A stretch of DNA of 64,000 bases from an uncultured SAR86 cluster bacterium (GTDB lineage Bacteria; Pseudomonadota; Gammaproteobacteria; Magnimaribacterales; D2472). Below, in pieces: positions 38,847 to 48,742 of the stretch (its first letter is position 1; every line of letters begins with the position of its first letter). Where the stretch lies: NCBI GenBank assembly GCA_902594515.1, contig CACJML010000002.1:911-64910 (forward strand). The letters are read 5' to 3'. The notes under the pieces are model-generated. The model worked only from the letters and a program-made list of their open reading frames with translations. It did not search any database and had not been told where the DNA came from. The position numbers were made by a program, and so were the translations under genes.

Positions 38847-39608
38847 ATGTTATTAAACAAAAAAATTGTCTACATTACAGGTGGCAGTAGTGGAATTGGT
38901 AGAGCATGTGCAAAATTATGTCTTGAAAATGGTGCCAAAGTAATCATTACAGGCCGTAATATAAAAAAACTCGAAGAAGCAAAAAAAAACTTAAGTAAAA
39001 TATCTGCAAATCTAGAAACGCATCAATTTGATATTGCTAATACTGATGAATTTCGATCTTCATTAAATACAGTCTATGAGAGTTATGGAAAAATTGATGG
39101 CTTAGTTAATAATGCGCCGTCTATTCATTCTGGCATGATTAAAGATATTGATTTTGACGCTTGGAGAACAAACTTTAAGGCAAACCTTGATGCAGTGTTC
39201 ATTTCTTTAAATACTGTTATCCCGAAAATGATAGAATCAGGGAGCGGCTCAATTGTTAACATTTCCTCAGTGGTTGGACTAAGAGGCTCCTCTTATATGG
39301 CAGGATATGGAGCAGCAAAAGCTGGCTTAATCAATCTGACTAAGTCAGCTGCAATTGAAGCAGCACCAAATGTGAGGGTAAATTGTGTGATTCCAGGTGC
39401 GGTTATGACAGATGCATTAAAAAAAGCAATGCCAACAGACGAAATGATTGATGCTACTGCAAAGACAATACCCTTAAAAAGAATAGCTTCTCCGGATGAA
39501 GTCGCTCATCCAGTTGTATTTTTATTGAGCGATAAATCAACTTTTATTACCGGAGCAGACTTGGTTGTTGATGGAGGCAAAACTGCTGATTTAAATGCTG
39601 GAAACTGA
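38847..39608 (+). CDS. short-chain dehydrogenase/reductase
   Basis: 253 aa. TGGSSGIGRA and YGAAKAG. Confidence 0.85.
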   Translation: MLLNKKIVYITGGSSGIGRACAKLCLENGAKVIITGRNIKKLEEAKKNLSKISANLETHQFDIANTDEFRSSLNTVYESYGKIDGLVNNAPSIHSGMIKDIDFDAWRTNFKANLDAVFISLNTVIPKMIESGSGSIVNISSVVGLRGSSYMAGYGAAKAGLINLTKSAAIEAAPNVRVNCVIPGAVMTDALKKAMPTDEMIDATAKTIPLKRIASPDEVAHPVVFLLSDKSTFITGADLVVDGGKTADLNAGN

Positions 39609-41298
39609 ACTTATACCCAATTCCAAAATATGGCACTCAGGGGTTGAGAGTCCTGAAATTATTGAAAATCCATCAGTTTATAAGTGGAGTGATGAAGCTG
39701 ATTTAATTGTAATCGGATTGGGTGGTGCAGGTGTTAGTGCTGCAAATGAAGCTTTGGATAATAACTTAAGCGTTATTGCTATAGATAAAACAACTGGCGG
39801 TGGTTCAACAGCGAGGAGTGGTGGTGTGTTTTACGCCGGGGGCGGAACGCCTATTCAAAAGGACGCAAATATAAAAGACTCCCCTGACAATATGTACAGA
39901 TATCTTAAACAAGAAGTTGGGAACGTAGTTAAGGATGAAACTTTAAGACAATTTTGTGATACCTCACCTGCAAATACACAATGGCTAATGGATAATGGAG
40001 TTAAATTCAATTCTAGTTACTATCAAACCAAGACCAGCTATCCAGATGCAGGATATTATTTATATCATTCAGATAATTCACTTGTTCCCAAATACATGGA
40101 GACTGCAGAACCTGCTGCTAGAGGACATCGAGGTTGGGAAGAAGGTCCATTTAAACCCATTGGAGTTGGTGGAACCATATATTACCCTTTAAAAAAATCA
40201 GCATTATCCAAGGGTCTTAGAATGTATTCTCAATCTGAAGTTAAATCACTATTAATAAATACTCAGGGCGATGTTATTGGTTGCAAAGTAATGGTCATGC
40301 CAAGTGGTACTGTTTCTGTAAAACATAAAAAACTAATTCGCAGAGGTGAATTATTTCAAATGATCCTGCCTCCCTCCTACCCTGGATCATCTTTCTTCCA
40401 AAAAATCGGTCAAAGGTTTATTAACAAAGCGCAGAAGCTAGAAAAGAAATATAGACAAGCAAAATACTTTAGGGCAAAAAAAGGGGTTTGCATTTCAGCT
40501 GGCGGATTTATTTTTAATCGAGCAATGGTTGAGGAATATGCACCAAAATACTCAAAAGGCATGCCTCTAGGTACATCTCAAGATAATGGATCCGGTATTC
40601 GGTTGGGTCAATCCGTAGGTGGAAGAACAAAACATATGGATCGAGTTACAGCTTGGCGTTTTTTAAATCCTCCAATGTCCTTTGCAAAGGGTATGGTGGT
40701 AAATAAGGATGGTAAGCGCTTCTGTAACGAAATGGTTTATGGAGCCACCTTGGGCGATGAGATGTGTGAGAATAACGATGGGAAGGCATATTTAATTCTT
40801 AGTGAAGAGCTTTTTAAATCATCAAAGTTAGAGGCCGCTAAATCCTTACCCTTTCAACGTGATGCAGCAAAAATGCTTATGACATTCAATGCAGTGAAGA
40901 GGAAAAATATAGATGATCTTGCAAAAGTCTATGGTATTAATGAAGATAATCTTAAAGAATCAATTCAACAATATAATGAGTCTGCGATTAATGATGATTA
41001 CTGTTCTTTAGGAAAGGCTTCCAAGGATATGAAAAAAATTGATGCACCCTACTACATCATGGACATATCAATTGACTCCAGGTTATCGCCACTACCAACG
41101 CTCACCTTAGGTGGTTTGGAGGTAGATGAAACTACAGGGAATGTTATCAATACTCAGGGCAAGACAATCAAGGGTTTATTTGCAGCAGGCAGATCTGCTG
41201 TGGGTGTATGTTCTAATATTTATGTATCAGGTCTTTCAATAGCTGATTGTGTATTTTCAGGTAGAAGAGTTGGTAAATATTTAGGGGAGATAATATGA
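39595..41298 (+). CDS. FAD-dependent oxidoreductase, 3-ketosteroid-delta1-dehydrogenase / fumarate reductase flavoprotein-like
   Basis: 567 aa. DLIVIGLGGAGVSAANEA dinucleotide fold, GGGSTARSGG, and C-terminal GLFAAGRSA. Confidence 0.72.
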   Translation: MLETELIPNSKIWHSGVESPEIIENPSVYKWSDEADLIVIGLGGAGVSAANEALDNNLSVIAIDKTTGGGSTARSGGVFYAGGGTPIQKDANIKDSPDNMYRYLKQEVGNVVKDETLRQFCDTSPANTQWLMDNGVKFNSSYYQTKTSYPDAGYYLYHSDNSLVPKYMETAEPAARGHRGWEEGPFKPIGVGGTIYYPLKKSALSKGLRMYSQSEVKSLLINTQGDVIGCKVMVMPSGTVSVKHKKLIRRGELFQMILPPSYPGSSFFQKIGQRFINKAQKLEKKYRQAKYFRAKKGVCISAGGFIFNRAMVEEYAPKYSKGMPLGTSQDNGSGIRLGQSVGGRTKHMDRVTAWRFLNPPMSFAKGMVVNKDGKRFCNEMVYGATLGDEMCENNDGKAYLILSEELFKSSKLEAAKSLPFQRDAAKMLMTFNAVKRKNIDDLAKVYGINEDNLKESIQQYNESAINDDYCSLGKASKDMKKIDAPYYIMDISIDSRLSPLPTLTLGGLEVDETTGNVINTQGKTIKGLFAAGRSAVGVCSNIYVSGLSIADCVFSGRRVGKYLGEII

Positions 41299-42908
41299 AT
41301 TTAAATTTTGCGTCCGTTTGGGAAATGATAGCTGATTTAATTCCAGACAATGATGCTCTTATTTGTGGAGAAGAAGTTGTAAATTGGCGAGATTATGACT
41401 TACGCTCAAGTAAATTAGCTACCGCACTGGTTGATGCTGGGCTATCACCAAACTCCAAAGCAGGTCTTTATCTTAATAATTCAAATGAATATCTAATTTG
41501 TCAAAATGCAATTTTTAAAATTGGTGGGGTCCCAATTAATGTTAATTACAGATATGTTGAGGAAGAATTAATTTATTTACTAGAAAATTCTGATTCAGAG
41601 GCTATTTTTTATCATGCTTGTTATAGCTCTCGAATAAAACAAATTGCCCCATCACTCCCAAATATTAAAGCATGGATCGAAGTTGCTGATGGAACTGAAT
41701 CTCAATTTAGTGATAGACTCCAATATGACAACCTTTTAGATAAATGTACTCCTATGGGAAGGTTTTCTAGAGATCCAGAAACGATCTACATGCTATATAC
41801 CGGTGGAACTACAGGTATGCCCAAGGGTGTTATGTATAAACAAGGAGAATTCCTTACTTTCTTATTTAGAACCTTAAAGGCTATGGGTTATGACGTTCCT
41901 GAAGACCTAACTGATTTAGAGTCAAGAATTAAGAACTCGCAAGAAAATAATACTTTTATTAGAAGTGTTGTCGGTTGTCCATTAATGCATGGGACAGGTA
42001 TGTGGTTAGGCGCATTTTTACCTTTGCTTCTTGGGGGTACTGTCATTACCACAAAAAATCTTGGGTTTGATCCTGACCAAATGTGGAGTCAAGTTGAAGA
42101 GACTCGAGCCACAAACATTGTTATCGTTGGAGATGCTTTTGCAAAACCAATGCTTGATGCACTGAATAATGCATGTTCAAGAGGCAATCCATACAATCTC
42201 GAGAGCGTTCAAGTAATAATTTCCAGCGGAGTCATGTGGAGTGCCGAAGTCAAACAAGGCCTATTAGAACACCATGATATGGCTTTAATGGATACCATGG
42301 GATCAACAGAAGGCGGTATGGGAAGCTCTGTAACTACAAGGGATAACCCTCCTGCTACTGCAAAATTTGGTCTAAATCCAGGTGTAATTGTTTTGGCTGA
42401 TGATGGAGAGATATTGGAACCTGGCTCAGAAAAAATCGGTCTTATTGGAACTTCAGGATTAGTTCCTGTTGGTTACTATAAAGATGAAAAGAAATCTGCT
42501 GAAACCTTTAGGGAAGTTAATGGAGTAAGGTATAGCTTTCCAGGAGATTATGCCAAGCTTGAATCCGATGGAACAATTACTCTTTTAGGAAGAGGAAGCA
42601 ACTGTATTAATTCTGCAGGGGAAAAAATATATCCAGAAGAAGTAGAGGAAGCCATTAAACGCAACAAAGAGGTGTTTGATTGTCTTGTTGTTGGTGTAAA
42701 TGATGATAGATTTGGTCAAAAAGTAGTAGCCGTTGTTTCATTAGAAGAAGAAATTGATGCCGAAGCTCTTACTGGGCAAACTCGGAAATTTATTGCTGGT
42801 TATAAATTACCAAAGGAAATCCTATTTGTAGATAAAGTTGAAAGAGCTCCTAACGGTAAAGCTAACTATAAGTGGGCTAAAGAAAAAGCAAATCAGGCTT
42901 TTGGATAG
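41295..42908 (+). CDS. AMP-dependent acyl-CoA synthetase
   Basis: 537 aa with YMLYTGGTTGMPKGV. 4-nt ATGA overlap with the upstream gene. Confidence 0.85.
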   Translation: MNLNFASVWEMIADLIPDNDALICGEEVVNWRDYDLRSSKLATALVDAGLSPNSKAGLYLNNSNEYLICQNAIFKIGGVPINVNYRYVEEELIYLLENSDSEAIFYHACYSSRIKQIAPSLPNIKAWIEVADGTESQFSDRLQYDNLLDKCTPMGRFSRDPETIYMLYTGGTTGMPKGVMYKQGEFLTFLFRTLKAMGYDVPEDLTDLESRIKNSQENNTFIRSVVGCPLMHGTGMWLGAFLPLLLGGTVITTKNLGFDPDQMWSQVEETRATNIVIVGDAFAKPMLDALNNACSRGNPYNLESVQVIISSGVMWSAEVKQGLLEHHDMALMDTMGSTEGGMGSSVTTRDNPPATAKFGLNPGVIVLADDGEILEPGSEKIGLIGTSGLVPVGYYKDEKKSAETFREVNGVRYSFPGDYAKLESDGTITLLGRGSNCINSAGEKIYPEEVEEAIKRNKEVFDCLVVGVNDDRFGQKVVAVVSLEEEIDAEALTGQTRKFIAGYKLPKEILFVDKVERAPNGKANYKWAKEKANQAFG

Positions 42909-43458
42909 AGATTTCTTCCAAGATAAATTTATTTTCTTTAACGGGGAAAATAAAAATGATTTTTTTTATGACTCAGTAATTTATTTGTGTGAGCATAATC
43001 AAGATGGAGCCTTTGGTTTTATTGTCAATAAACCAAGCGCGATTTCAGAGTCGCAATTACTTAGTAAGCTAAATCTTAAAAAACCTAAACAACTCGAATC
43101 TATTTTTAGAGTAATGATTGGAGGTCCAGTTGCAATGGATAGTATTTATGCGCTCCATGATAAAGAATTAATAAAAGATGAGTCAAACTTGTTACGGGAG
43201 GGATTATGGCTTTCAACATCCCAAAAAGTGCTCAATAAAATTGATACACAAGATACTGCAAATCATAAAATCTTCTTAGGTTATTCTGGATGGGGTCCTG
43301 AGCAATTAGAAAAGGAGATTCAAGATGGCGCATGGCATGTCTGTGATGTTGATTTTGAGCTTATTTTTAATGATAAACCATCCTCTATTATTGAGGAGCT
43401 TTCAAAGAAGGTCGGATATAATATCAAGTCAATTATCAATCAGAATAAAGTTCAATAA
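42901..43458 (+). CDS. YqgE/AlgH family protein (UPF0301)
   Basis: SVIYLCEHNQDGAFGFIVNKP and FLGYSGWGPEQLEKEIQDGAW signatures. Start uncertain: TTG 42901 overlaps the upstream stop, or ATG 42838 gives a 71-nt overlap. Confidence 0.75.
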   Translation: MDRDFFQDKFIFFNGENKNDFFYDSVIYLCEHNQDGAFGFIVNKPSAISESQLLSKLNLKKPKQLESIFRVMIGGPVAMDSIYALHDKELIKDESNLLREGLWLSTSQKVLNKIDTQDTANHKIFLGYSGWGPEQLEKEIQDGAWHVCDVDFELIFNDKPSSIIEELSKKVGYNIKSIINQNKVQ

Positions 43459-43461
43459 TTT

Positions 43462-44208
43462 ATGGGAAGATTTGTAAACAAAAATGTTTTTCTTACAGGA
43501 GCTGCATCTGGGATTGGAAAAGCAACTGCGCGCAGACTTGCAAATGAGGGAGCCAAATTAATTATTGCTGATGTAAATCAAAAGCTACTTGATAAGACAT
43601 CCAATGAACTCAAGGATTCTGTATTAGAGACCTATACTTTAGATATATCCAATGTGAGTAATGTTGCTAGAATTTTTGAAGATGTTAAATCAAGATTTAA
43701 GGCGCTTCAGGCGCTGGTTAATGTTGCAGGAATATTAAGATTTGATCACTCTAAAGATGTTGAGCCAAAAGATTGGCAAAAAATCCTTGATGTAAATTTA
43801 ACAGGAACATTTTTTATGTGCAGATATGCTCTGCCTTTAATAATTGAATCAAATGGTTCAATTGTAAATGTTTCATCCACAGCTGCTCTTGGTTCACATG
43901 CTTGGACAGCTGCATACAGTGCCTCAAAAGGAGGTATCAGTGCGTTCTCTAAAACTTTAGCAGTTGAGTATGGTGTACAGGGTGTTAATGTCAATTGTGT
44001 ATGTCCAGCATCAATTGAAACCAATATGTCAACGCAAACACCTTTGCCGAGTAATATAGATAAAAGGCTATTAAAAAAAATTATGCCAGTAGATGGTGTT
44101 AATAGAACTCCTGAGGATATTGCATCAGCAATAGTTTTTCTTGCATCAGAGGATGCTGTTCATATTAATGGAATTGATTTAAGGGTTGATGGGGGGCTCT
44201 TAACATGA
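43462..44208 (+). CDS. short-chain dehydrogenase/reductase
   Basis: 248 aa. TGAASGIGKAT and YSASKGG. Confidence 0.85.
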   Translation: MGRFVNKNVFLTGAASGIGKATARRLANEGAKLIIADVNQKLLDKTSNELKDSVLETYTLDISNVSNVARIFEDVKSRFKALQALVNVAGILRFDHSKDVEPKDWQKILDVNLTGTFFMCRYALPLIIESNGSIVNVSSTAALGSHAWTAAYSASKGGISAFSKTLAVEYGVQGVNVNCVCPASIETNMSTQTPLPSNIDKRLLKKIMPVDGVNRTPEDIASAIVFLASEDAVHINGIDLRVDGGLLT

Positions 44209-45914
44209 GAATCCTTCATCTATTTAGTATTTTTTGGTTATCAATTTCTCTTTCTGCAAATCCTCCCGTCCTCAATAAGGAGTCGATTACTCATCCTGAA
44301 ATCGGACTAGAAGGCATGGTGGTAACACAACATTATTTGGCCTCAGAGGTTGGTGAAGCAATACTAAACAAAGGTGGGAATGCTTATGATGCAACTATTG
44401 CGGTTGCATTTGCTTTGGCCGTGGTATTGCCCAGAGCAGGTAATATAGGTGGAGGTGGTTTTACAGTCCTATACAACTCATCAGATGAATCATTTCAAAG
44501 TCTAGATTATCGAGAAAAAGCACCCTTAGCTGCATCAAAAAATATGTATCTTGATAACAATGGAGACGTGATCAGTAACCTCTCAACACTTGGATATAAA
44601 GCAATTGCGGTGCCAGGTACTGTTGATGGAATGTGGGAGTTACATAAAAAATATGGTTCTATGGATTGGAAAGAGTTAATAGTTCCTTCTATCAAGCTTG
44701 CAAAAGAAGGGTTTAAAGTTTCGCCATTAATGGCTGATACGTTAAACAGAAATTATAAATCTCTAAGTAAATTCTCAGAAACAAAGAAAATATTCTTTCA
44801 AGAAAATCCAGTTAAATTTAATTCTTTATTGATTCAAAAAGATTTAGCAAAGACTCTAGAAAAAATATCAAAAAATGGAAGAAATGGCTTCTATAAAGGT
44901 GATGTTGCGCAAAAAATTGTTGCGGATATGAAAAGAAATGATGGCTTAATTACCTTTAATGATCTTGAAAATTACAAATCAAAATGGAGGAAACCCTTAA
45001 TACGTAAATATAAGAACTTTGAGGTCATCACAATGCCACCGCCCTCTTCTGGTGGACTTCACTTAATTCAAATGTTGAATATATTAGAAAATTTCGATCT
45101 AAAATCTATGAAGCATAACTCCCCTAGTTATGTCCTGCTGTTAAATGAGGTTATGAAATATGCTTACGCAGATCGCTCACAATACTTGGGTGATCCAGAT
45201 TATGTTGATGTTCCTGTTAATAAACTAATTTCAAAAGGTTATGCTGAAAGCATTTCAAAAAAAATAACTATTGATAGTGTCACTCAATCAGATGATATTA
45301 AAGCTGGCATGTATATTGATCTTGAAAGTGATGAAACAACTCACTTTTCGATTGCTGATAAATATGGAAATTTGGTTTCAACAACCTACACCCTAAATTC
45401 ATCTTTTGGATCAAAAGTAGTGATCGCTAAAACTGGAATACTTATGAACAACGAAATGGATGATTTTTCGTCAGCTCCTGGTGTACCCAATCAGTTTGGT
45501 TTGTTGGGTGGAAAGTTTAATGAGATACAACCAAGCAAAAGACCGCTCAGCTCAATGACACCTACCATTGTATTTAAAAATAATAGTCCTTTTTTGATTA
45601 TGGGTACGCCAGGTGGATCAAGGATTATTACTGCCGTTTTACAAAATTTTTTAAACATAGCTGAATTTGAGATGAATTTAGCTGACTCAATTAATAAGCC
45701 TAGGGTTCATCAGCAGTGGTACCCTGATCTACTTTTTTTAGAAAAAGGTTTTGATGTATTGCATGCTGAAAAAATAACTGAACTTGGTCAAGAAGTTTAC
45801 TTTATGGATCCAGGAACAGCACTGGAATCAATCATGATTAAAAATAATTATTTTTATGGGTACGGTGATACACGTAGACCCGACTCAAAAGCTATTGGAG
45901 TAAATGGTGATTGA
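44205..45914 (+). CDS. ggt: gamma-glutamyltranspeptidase (periplasmic)
   Basis: 569 aa. Signal peptide, autoprocessing/nucleophile region ETTHFSIADKYGN, and GTPGGSRI. Confidence 0.9.
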   Translation: MRILHLFSIFWLSISLSANPPVLNKESITHPEIGLEGMVVTQHYLASEVGEAILNKGGNAYDATIAVAFALAVVLPRAGNIGGGGFTVLYNSSDESFQSLDYREKAPLAASKNMYLDNNGDVISNLSTLGYKAIAVPGTVDGMWELHKKYGSMDWKELIVPSIKLAKEGFKVSPLMADTLNRNYKSLSKFSETKKIFFQENPVKFNSLLIQKDLAKTLEKISKNGRNGFYKGDVAQKIVADMKRNDGLITFNDLENYKSKWRKPLIRKYKNFEVITMPPPSSGGLHLIQMLNILENFDLKSMKHNSPSYVLLLNEVMKYAYADRSQYLGDPDYVDVPVNKLISKGYAESISKKITIDSVTQSDDIKAGMYIDLESDETTHFSIADKYGNLVSTTYTLNSSFGSKVVIAKTGILMNNEMDDFSSAPGVPNQFGLLGGKFNEIQPSKRPLSSMTPTIVFKNNSPFLIMGTPGGSRIITAVLQNFLNIAEFEMNLADSINKPRVHQQWYPDLLFLEKGFDVLHAEKITELGQEVYFMDPGTALESIMIKNNYFYGYGDTRRPDSKAIGVNGD

Positions 45915-46077
45915 TAAACTAGCTATGATAAGTTTATATGCTATTCCAACAGCGATCTTGTTGATTATTTGCTACCGTCTAACAAAAAAATAATTTTGAA
46001 CCAATAAGAAAATTCTTGGTCAAAGTTATGTTGTGAATATTCCTCAAGTTATAATCCCCCTCACAACAAATTAAAAA

Positions 46078-46099
46078 GCGGACTTAGTTCGCTTTTTTT
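46078..46099 (+). terminator. rho-independent terminator (after ggt; possibly bidirectional for the tRNA)
   Basis: GCGGAC-TTA-GTTCGC forms a 6-bp stem with one G-U pair, followed by T7 and preceded by A5. Confidence 0.6.
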
Positions 46100-46113
46100 A
46101 TGAATAAACTAAT

Positions 46114-46189
46114 TGGAGCGGGTGACGGGATTCGAACCCGTACCAATAGCTTGGAAGGCTATTGTGCTAGCCGTTAACACCACACCCGC
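46114..46189 (-). tRNA. tRNA-Gly (anticodon UCC)
   Basis: The reverse complement folds by hand into a cloverleaf. Acceptor stem GCGGGTG/CACCCGC, anticodon stem ATAGC/GCTAT with loop CTTCCAA, T-arm ACGGG-TTCGAAT-CCCGT, encoded CCA, 76 nt. Confidence 0.92.
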
Positions 46190-46281
46190 GGCTGAAAGAT
46201 TTGAATTTTAACACCTTAATAAAAATCTTTACATAACAATGAAGCTTTTAGATGATTGTCTAAATGTACTAAACTAGATTA

Positions 46282-47166
46282 ATGAAATTGATATGTGGGC
46301 TTTTTGGATTAGAGAATCTTTATGGGGGTGAAATAAGTTCATACATAGAAATATCCAAAATGGCTGAAAACCATGGCTTTGATTCAGTTAGTCTTACAGA
46401 TCATTTAGTGATGGGAAAAAACCTTCAAAATTATCCATTTGGCAACTTCCCTCTTCCATCGGATTCTAATTGGTTTGAGCCCCTGACAACTTTAACAATG
46501 ATTGCAAGCCATACAACAACCATTAAATTGGCAACTGCAATAATTATTGCACCTTTGCGAAATCCTGCTGTGTTAGCTAAAACGCTAAGTACACTCGATT
46601 CAATTTCTAACGGAAGGGTAGAACTTGGAGTAGGTCTAGGATGGCAAAAGGAAGAGTATGATGTTGCTGGCATCTCCTTTAGCGAAAAAGAAGATAGGTT
46701 TTGGGAAACCCTAGATGTAATAAAGTTATTACATGGCCCAAACCCTGTTTCATTTAAAGGTCAGTTTTTTGAATTTAGTGATATTTGGTGTAAACCTGAA
46801 ATTAAACAAAAAGAAATCCCAATTCTGTTCGGTGTAAAGATGACTGATAGGAATGCAAATAAAATTTCTGCTGTTGGGGATGGCTGGATACCCATCAAAA
46901 CATCACCTGATTTCATAAAAAATGGTTCAGAACTCTTAAATGATGCCTTTAAGAAAGCTGAACGATCAGAGATACCAAGAATTAGAGGCCAATTACCGAC
47001 ACAGCTTAGCGAAGATAATATTCCTGACCTAAGCAAAACTCTTGACTGTTTGCAGCTCTCAATGGATGCAGGATTGAATGAAGTAGAGTTCTTCCCAATT
47101 AATTTTTGCCAATCACCAGATCAATTGGATCTTGTACTAGGAGAAATAAGTAAGGTAGTTAAATGA
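46282..47166 (+). CDS. luciferase-like (LLM class) flavin/F420-dependent oxidoreductase
   Basis: 294 aa. AENHGFDSVSLTDHL and GRVELGVGLGW LLM patterns. Confidence 0.72.
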   Translation: MKLICGLFGLENLYGGEISSYIEISKMAENHGFDSVSLTDHLVMGKNLQNYPFGNFPLPSDSNWFEPLTTLTMIASHTTTIKLATAIIIAPLRNPAVLAKTLSTLDSISNGRVELGVGLGWQKEEYDVAGISFSEKEDRFWETLDVIKLLHGPNPVSFKGQFFEFSDIWCKPEIKQKEIPILFGVKMTDRNANKISAVGDGWIPIKTSPDFIKNGSELLNDAFKKAERSEIPRIRGQLPTQLSEDNIPDLSKTLDCLQLSMDAGLNEVEFFPINFCQSPDQLDLVLGEISKVVK

Positions 47167-47639
47167 ATAAACTTAAATTAGTATCAGCTCTCATAATCTC
47201 ACTATCAATCGGAATCATTTATGCAAAGGACGTACAAAAAATCAATGATCAGGCAGAGGAAATTATCTATCTTTATGCTGAAATTATTGATTCAAAGAAT
47301 TTTTCTGAACTCAAATCAATAATGCAAACTAACTTCAAGATGACAGGCATGTATGAAATTAATTCTCTTCAAGAATTTTTATTTGCAATGAAAGAGCTTG
47401 ATAAAAACTTTACACAGACAATGCACTTTATTGGGAATATCAATGGAGAATGGATTGATGATACATATAGTGGAAAAACCTATTGCATTGCGAGTCACAT
47501 TTTTAAAGATGGTGAGCAGACAAAAAAATTAGATATGGGAATAATATATACAGATGTTATTAAGCTAGTTAATGATCAAGCTAAATTTGTTTCAAGAGAT
47601 TTTAAACTGATCTGGAGTAATACTACTGACGTTTTGTAG
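47163..47639 (+). CDS. exported NTF2-like / SnoaL_4 family protein
   Basis: 158 aa. Signal peptide MNKLKLVSALIISLSIGIIYA and TMHFIGN...YCIASH core. ATGA overlap with the LLM gene. Confidence 0.6.
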   Translation: MNKLKLVSALIISLSIGIIYAKDVQKINDQAEEIIYLYAEIIDSKNFSELKSIMQTNFKMTGMYEINSLQEFLFAMKELDKNFTQTMHFIGNINGEWIDDTYSGKTYCIASHIFKDGEQTKKLDMGIIYTDVIKLVNDQAKFVSRDFKLIWSNTTDVL

Positions 47640-47736
47640 GAAACTTTATTACTTTTCCCTTCTTTTTAGCTTCTTTTTCCTTAAGGATTTTTTTTAATAA
47701 CTCCCTAAACTTTTCAACGCGTCTTACATTACTCAT
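47623..47736 (-). CDS. possible 37-aa highly basic small protein (hypothetical)
   Basis: Below the ORF-track cutoff. My translation: MSNVRRVEKFRELLKKILKEKEAKKKGKVIKFPTKRQ. It occupies an otherwise unexplained 117-nt gap. Confidence 0.25.
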   Translation of the reverse strand: MSNVRRVEKFRELLKKILKEKEAKKKGKVIKFPTKRQ

Positions 47737-47756
47737 TACTGTTATATAATAGCAAT

Positions 47757-47951
47757 ATGTTTTTTGATATACATCATCTTAAAAATTCAAAGATAGGCTT
47801 TTTATCCCATTCAGTAAGAGTCTTGAGAATGTCTGTAATATTAATTTTACTCGGAATAGCAGGGATAATTCATGCCTTTTTACCTTTTATATTTACTAAG
47901 ACAGTCAGCAATGGTATCAAAAAGCTATATACTCAAGTTAAAGATTTCTAA
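47757..47951 (+). CDS. small membrane protein (64 aa), possibly DUF6356-like
   Basis: Pattern FLSHSVRVLRMSVILILLGIAGIIHAFLPFIFTKT resembles that family from memory only. Confidence 0.45.
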   Translation: MFFDIHHLKNSKIGFLSHSVRVLRMSVILILLGIAGIIHAFLPFIFTKTVSNGIKKLYTQVKDF

Positions 47952-47988
47952 AATAGTGAGCACCTTCGATTCCTATCCTAAATAATAA

Positions 47989-48426
47989 TTAATTAAAAAT
48001 TACTTCTCTTAGCACCACTAAATCAACTATTTCTCTTATATCATCATAACCAGAAGCAATATTTCGTTGCTCTTTTTCTGAGAGAACCTTTCTCCACTCT
48101 TTAATAAATGCCTCATATCTACCCTTATTTGGCTCTCTTGCCTCAGCATTTTTATAACGGACTGTTAGAAAAACATTAGGAGTAGTTCCTGCAGTTTCAG
48201 CCGTCCAAACGTTATAACTGATGACATGACCTAGTTTCTTTTGAACTTCAAGTGAGTCAACCCATGTTGATTTAAGGTTTACAAGGTAATCATCGACGTA
48301 ATTTGCCTTAACCTTAACTACAGTCATCTCTACAATTTCCTCGCTTGGAGAATAGTCCTTCCAAATTTCAGCAGAAATATTCAATGAGATTGCTGCTAAA
48401 AAACCTAATACATAATTTAATTTCAT
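47989..48426 (-). CDS. secreted hypothetical protein (about 145 aa)
   Basis: Signal peptide MKLNYVLGFLAAISLNISA. Start taken at Met 48426 rather than 48459. Confidence 0.55.
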   Translation of the reverse strand: MKLNYVLGFLAAISLNISAEIWKDYSPSEEIVEMTVVKVKANYVDDYLVNLKSTWVDSLEVQKKLGHVISYNVWTAETAGTTPNVFLTVRYKNAEAREPNKGRYEAFIKEWRKVLSEKEQRNIASGYDDIREIVDLVVLREVIFN

Positions 48427-48497
48427 AAGAACTCCTTTTTTACTTACATAAGTAATCATTTTACATAAGTTGCATTAATTACAAACTCGAATTGAGT

Positions 48498-48740
48498 TTA
48501 CTCATCAACATTTTTTTTATCAAAATTACATTCCATCTTGCCTATTACCGTACCCTCAACTTTAAGGTTTAACTTTGACCTACCCTCCATGGTTCCAGTA
48601 ACCTCACATTTTTCAATCGAGTCTTCGACTATTTCAGAAACTAATTTTTTAAGCTCCTCTACTGACAAGTCAGAGACTTTTCTTTCAGTATCAGCATTTA
48701 GCATTATTGGTATTAGTAAAAATAAAAAATATTTGCGCAT
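48498..48740 (-). CDS. secreted hypothetical protein (80 aa, 2 Cys)
   Basis: Signal peptide MRKYFLFLLIPIMLNA. Lies 2 nt downstream of the lipoprotein gene. Confidence 0.5.
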   Translation of the reverse strand: MRKYFLFLLIPIMLNADTERKVSDLSVEELKKLVSEIVEDSIEKCEVTGTMEGRSKLNLKVEGTVIGKMECNFDKKNVDE

Positions 48741-48742
48741 AG

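Noticed and set aside
46114-47700. Possibility of a tRNA-Gly-associated genomic island covering the LLM, NTF2-like and secreted-protein genes.
   Set aside because: I found no integrase, no direct repeat of the tRNA 3' end, and no visible compositional break.
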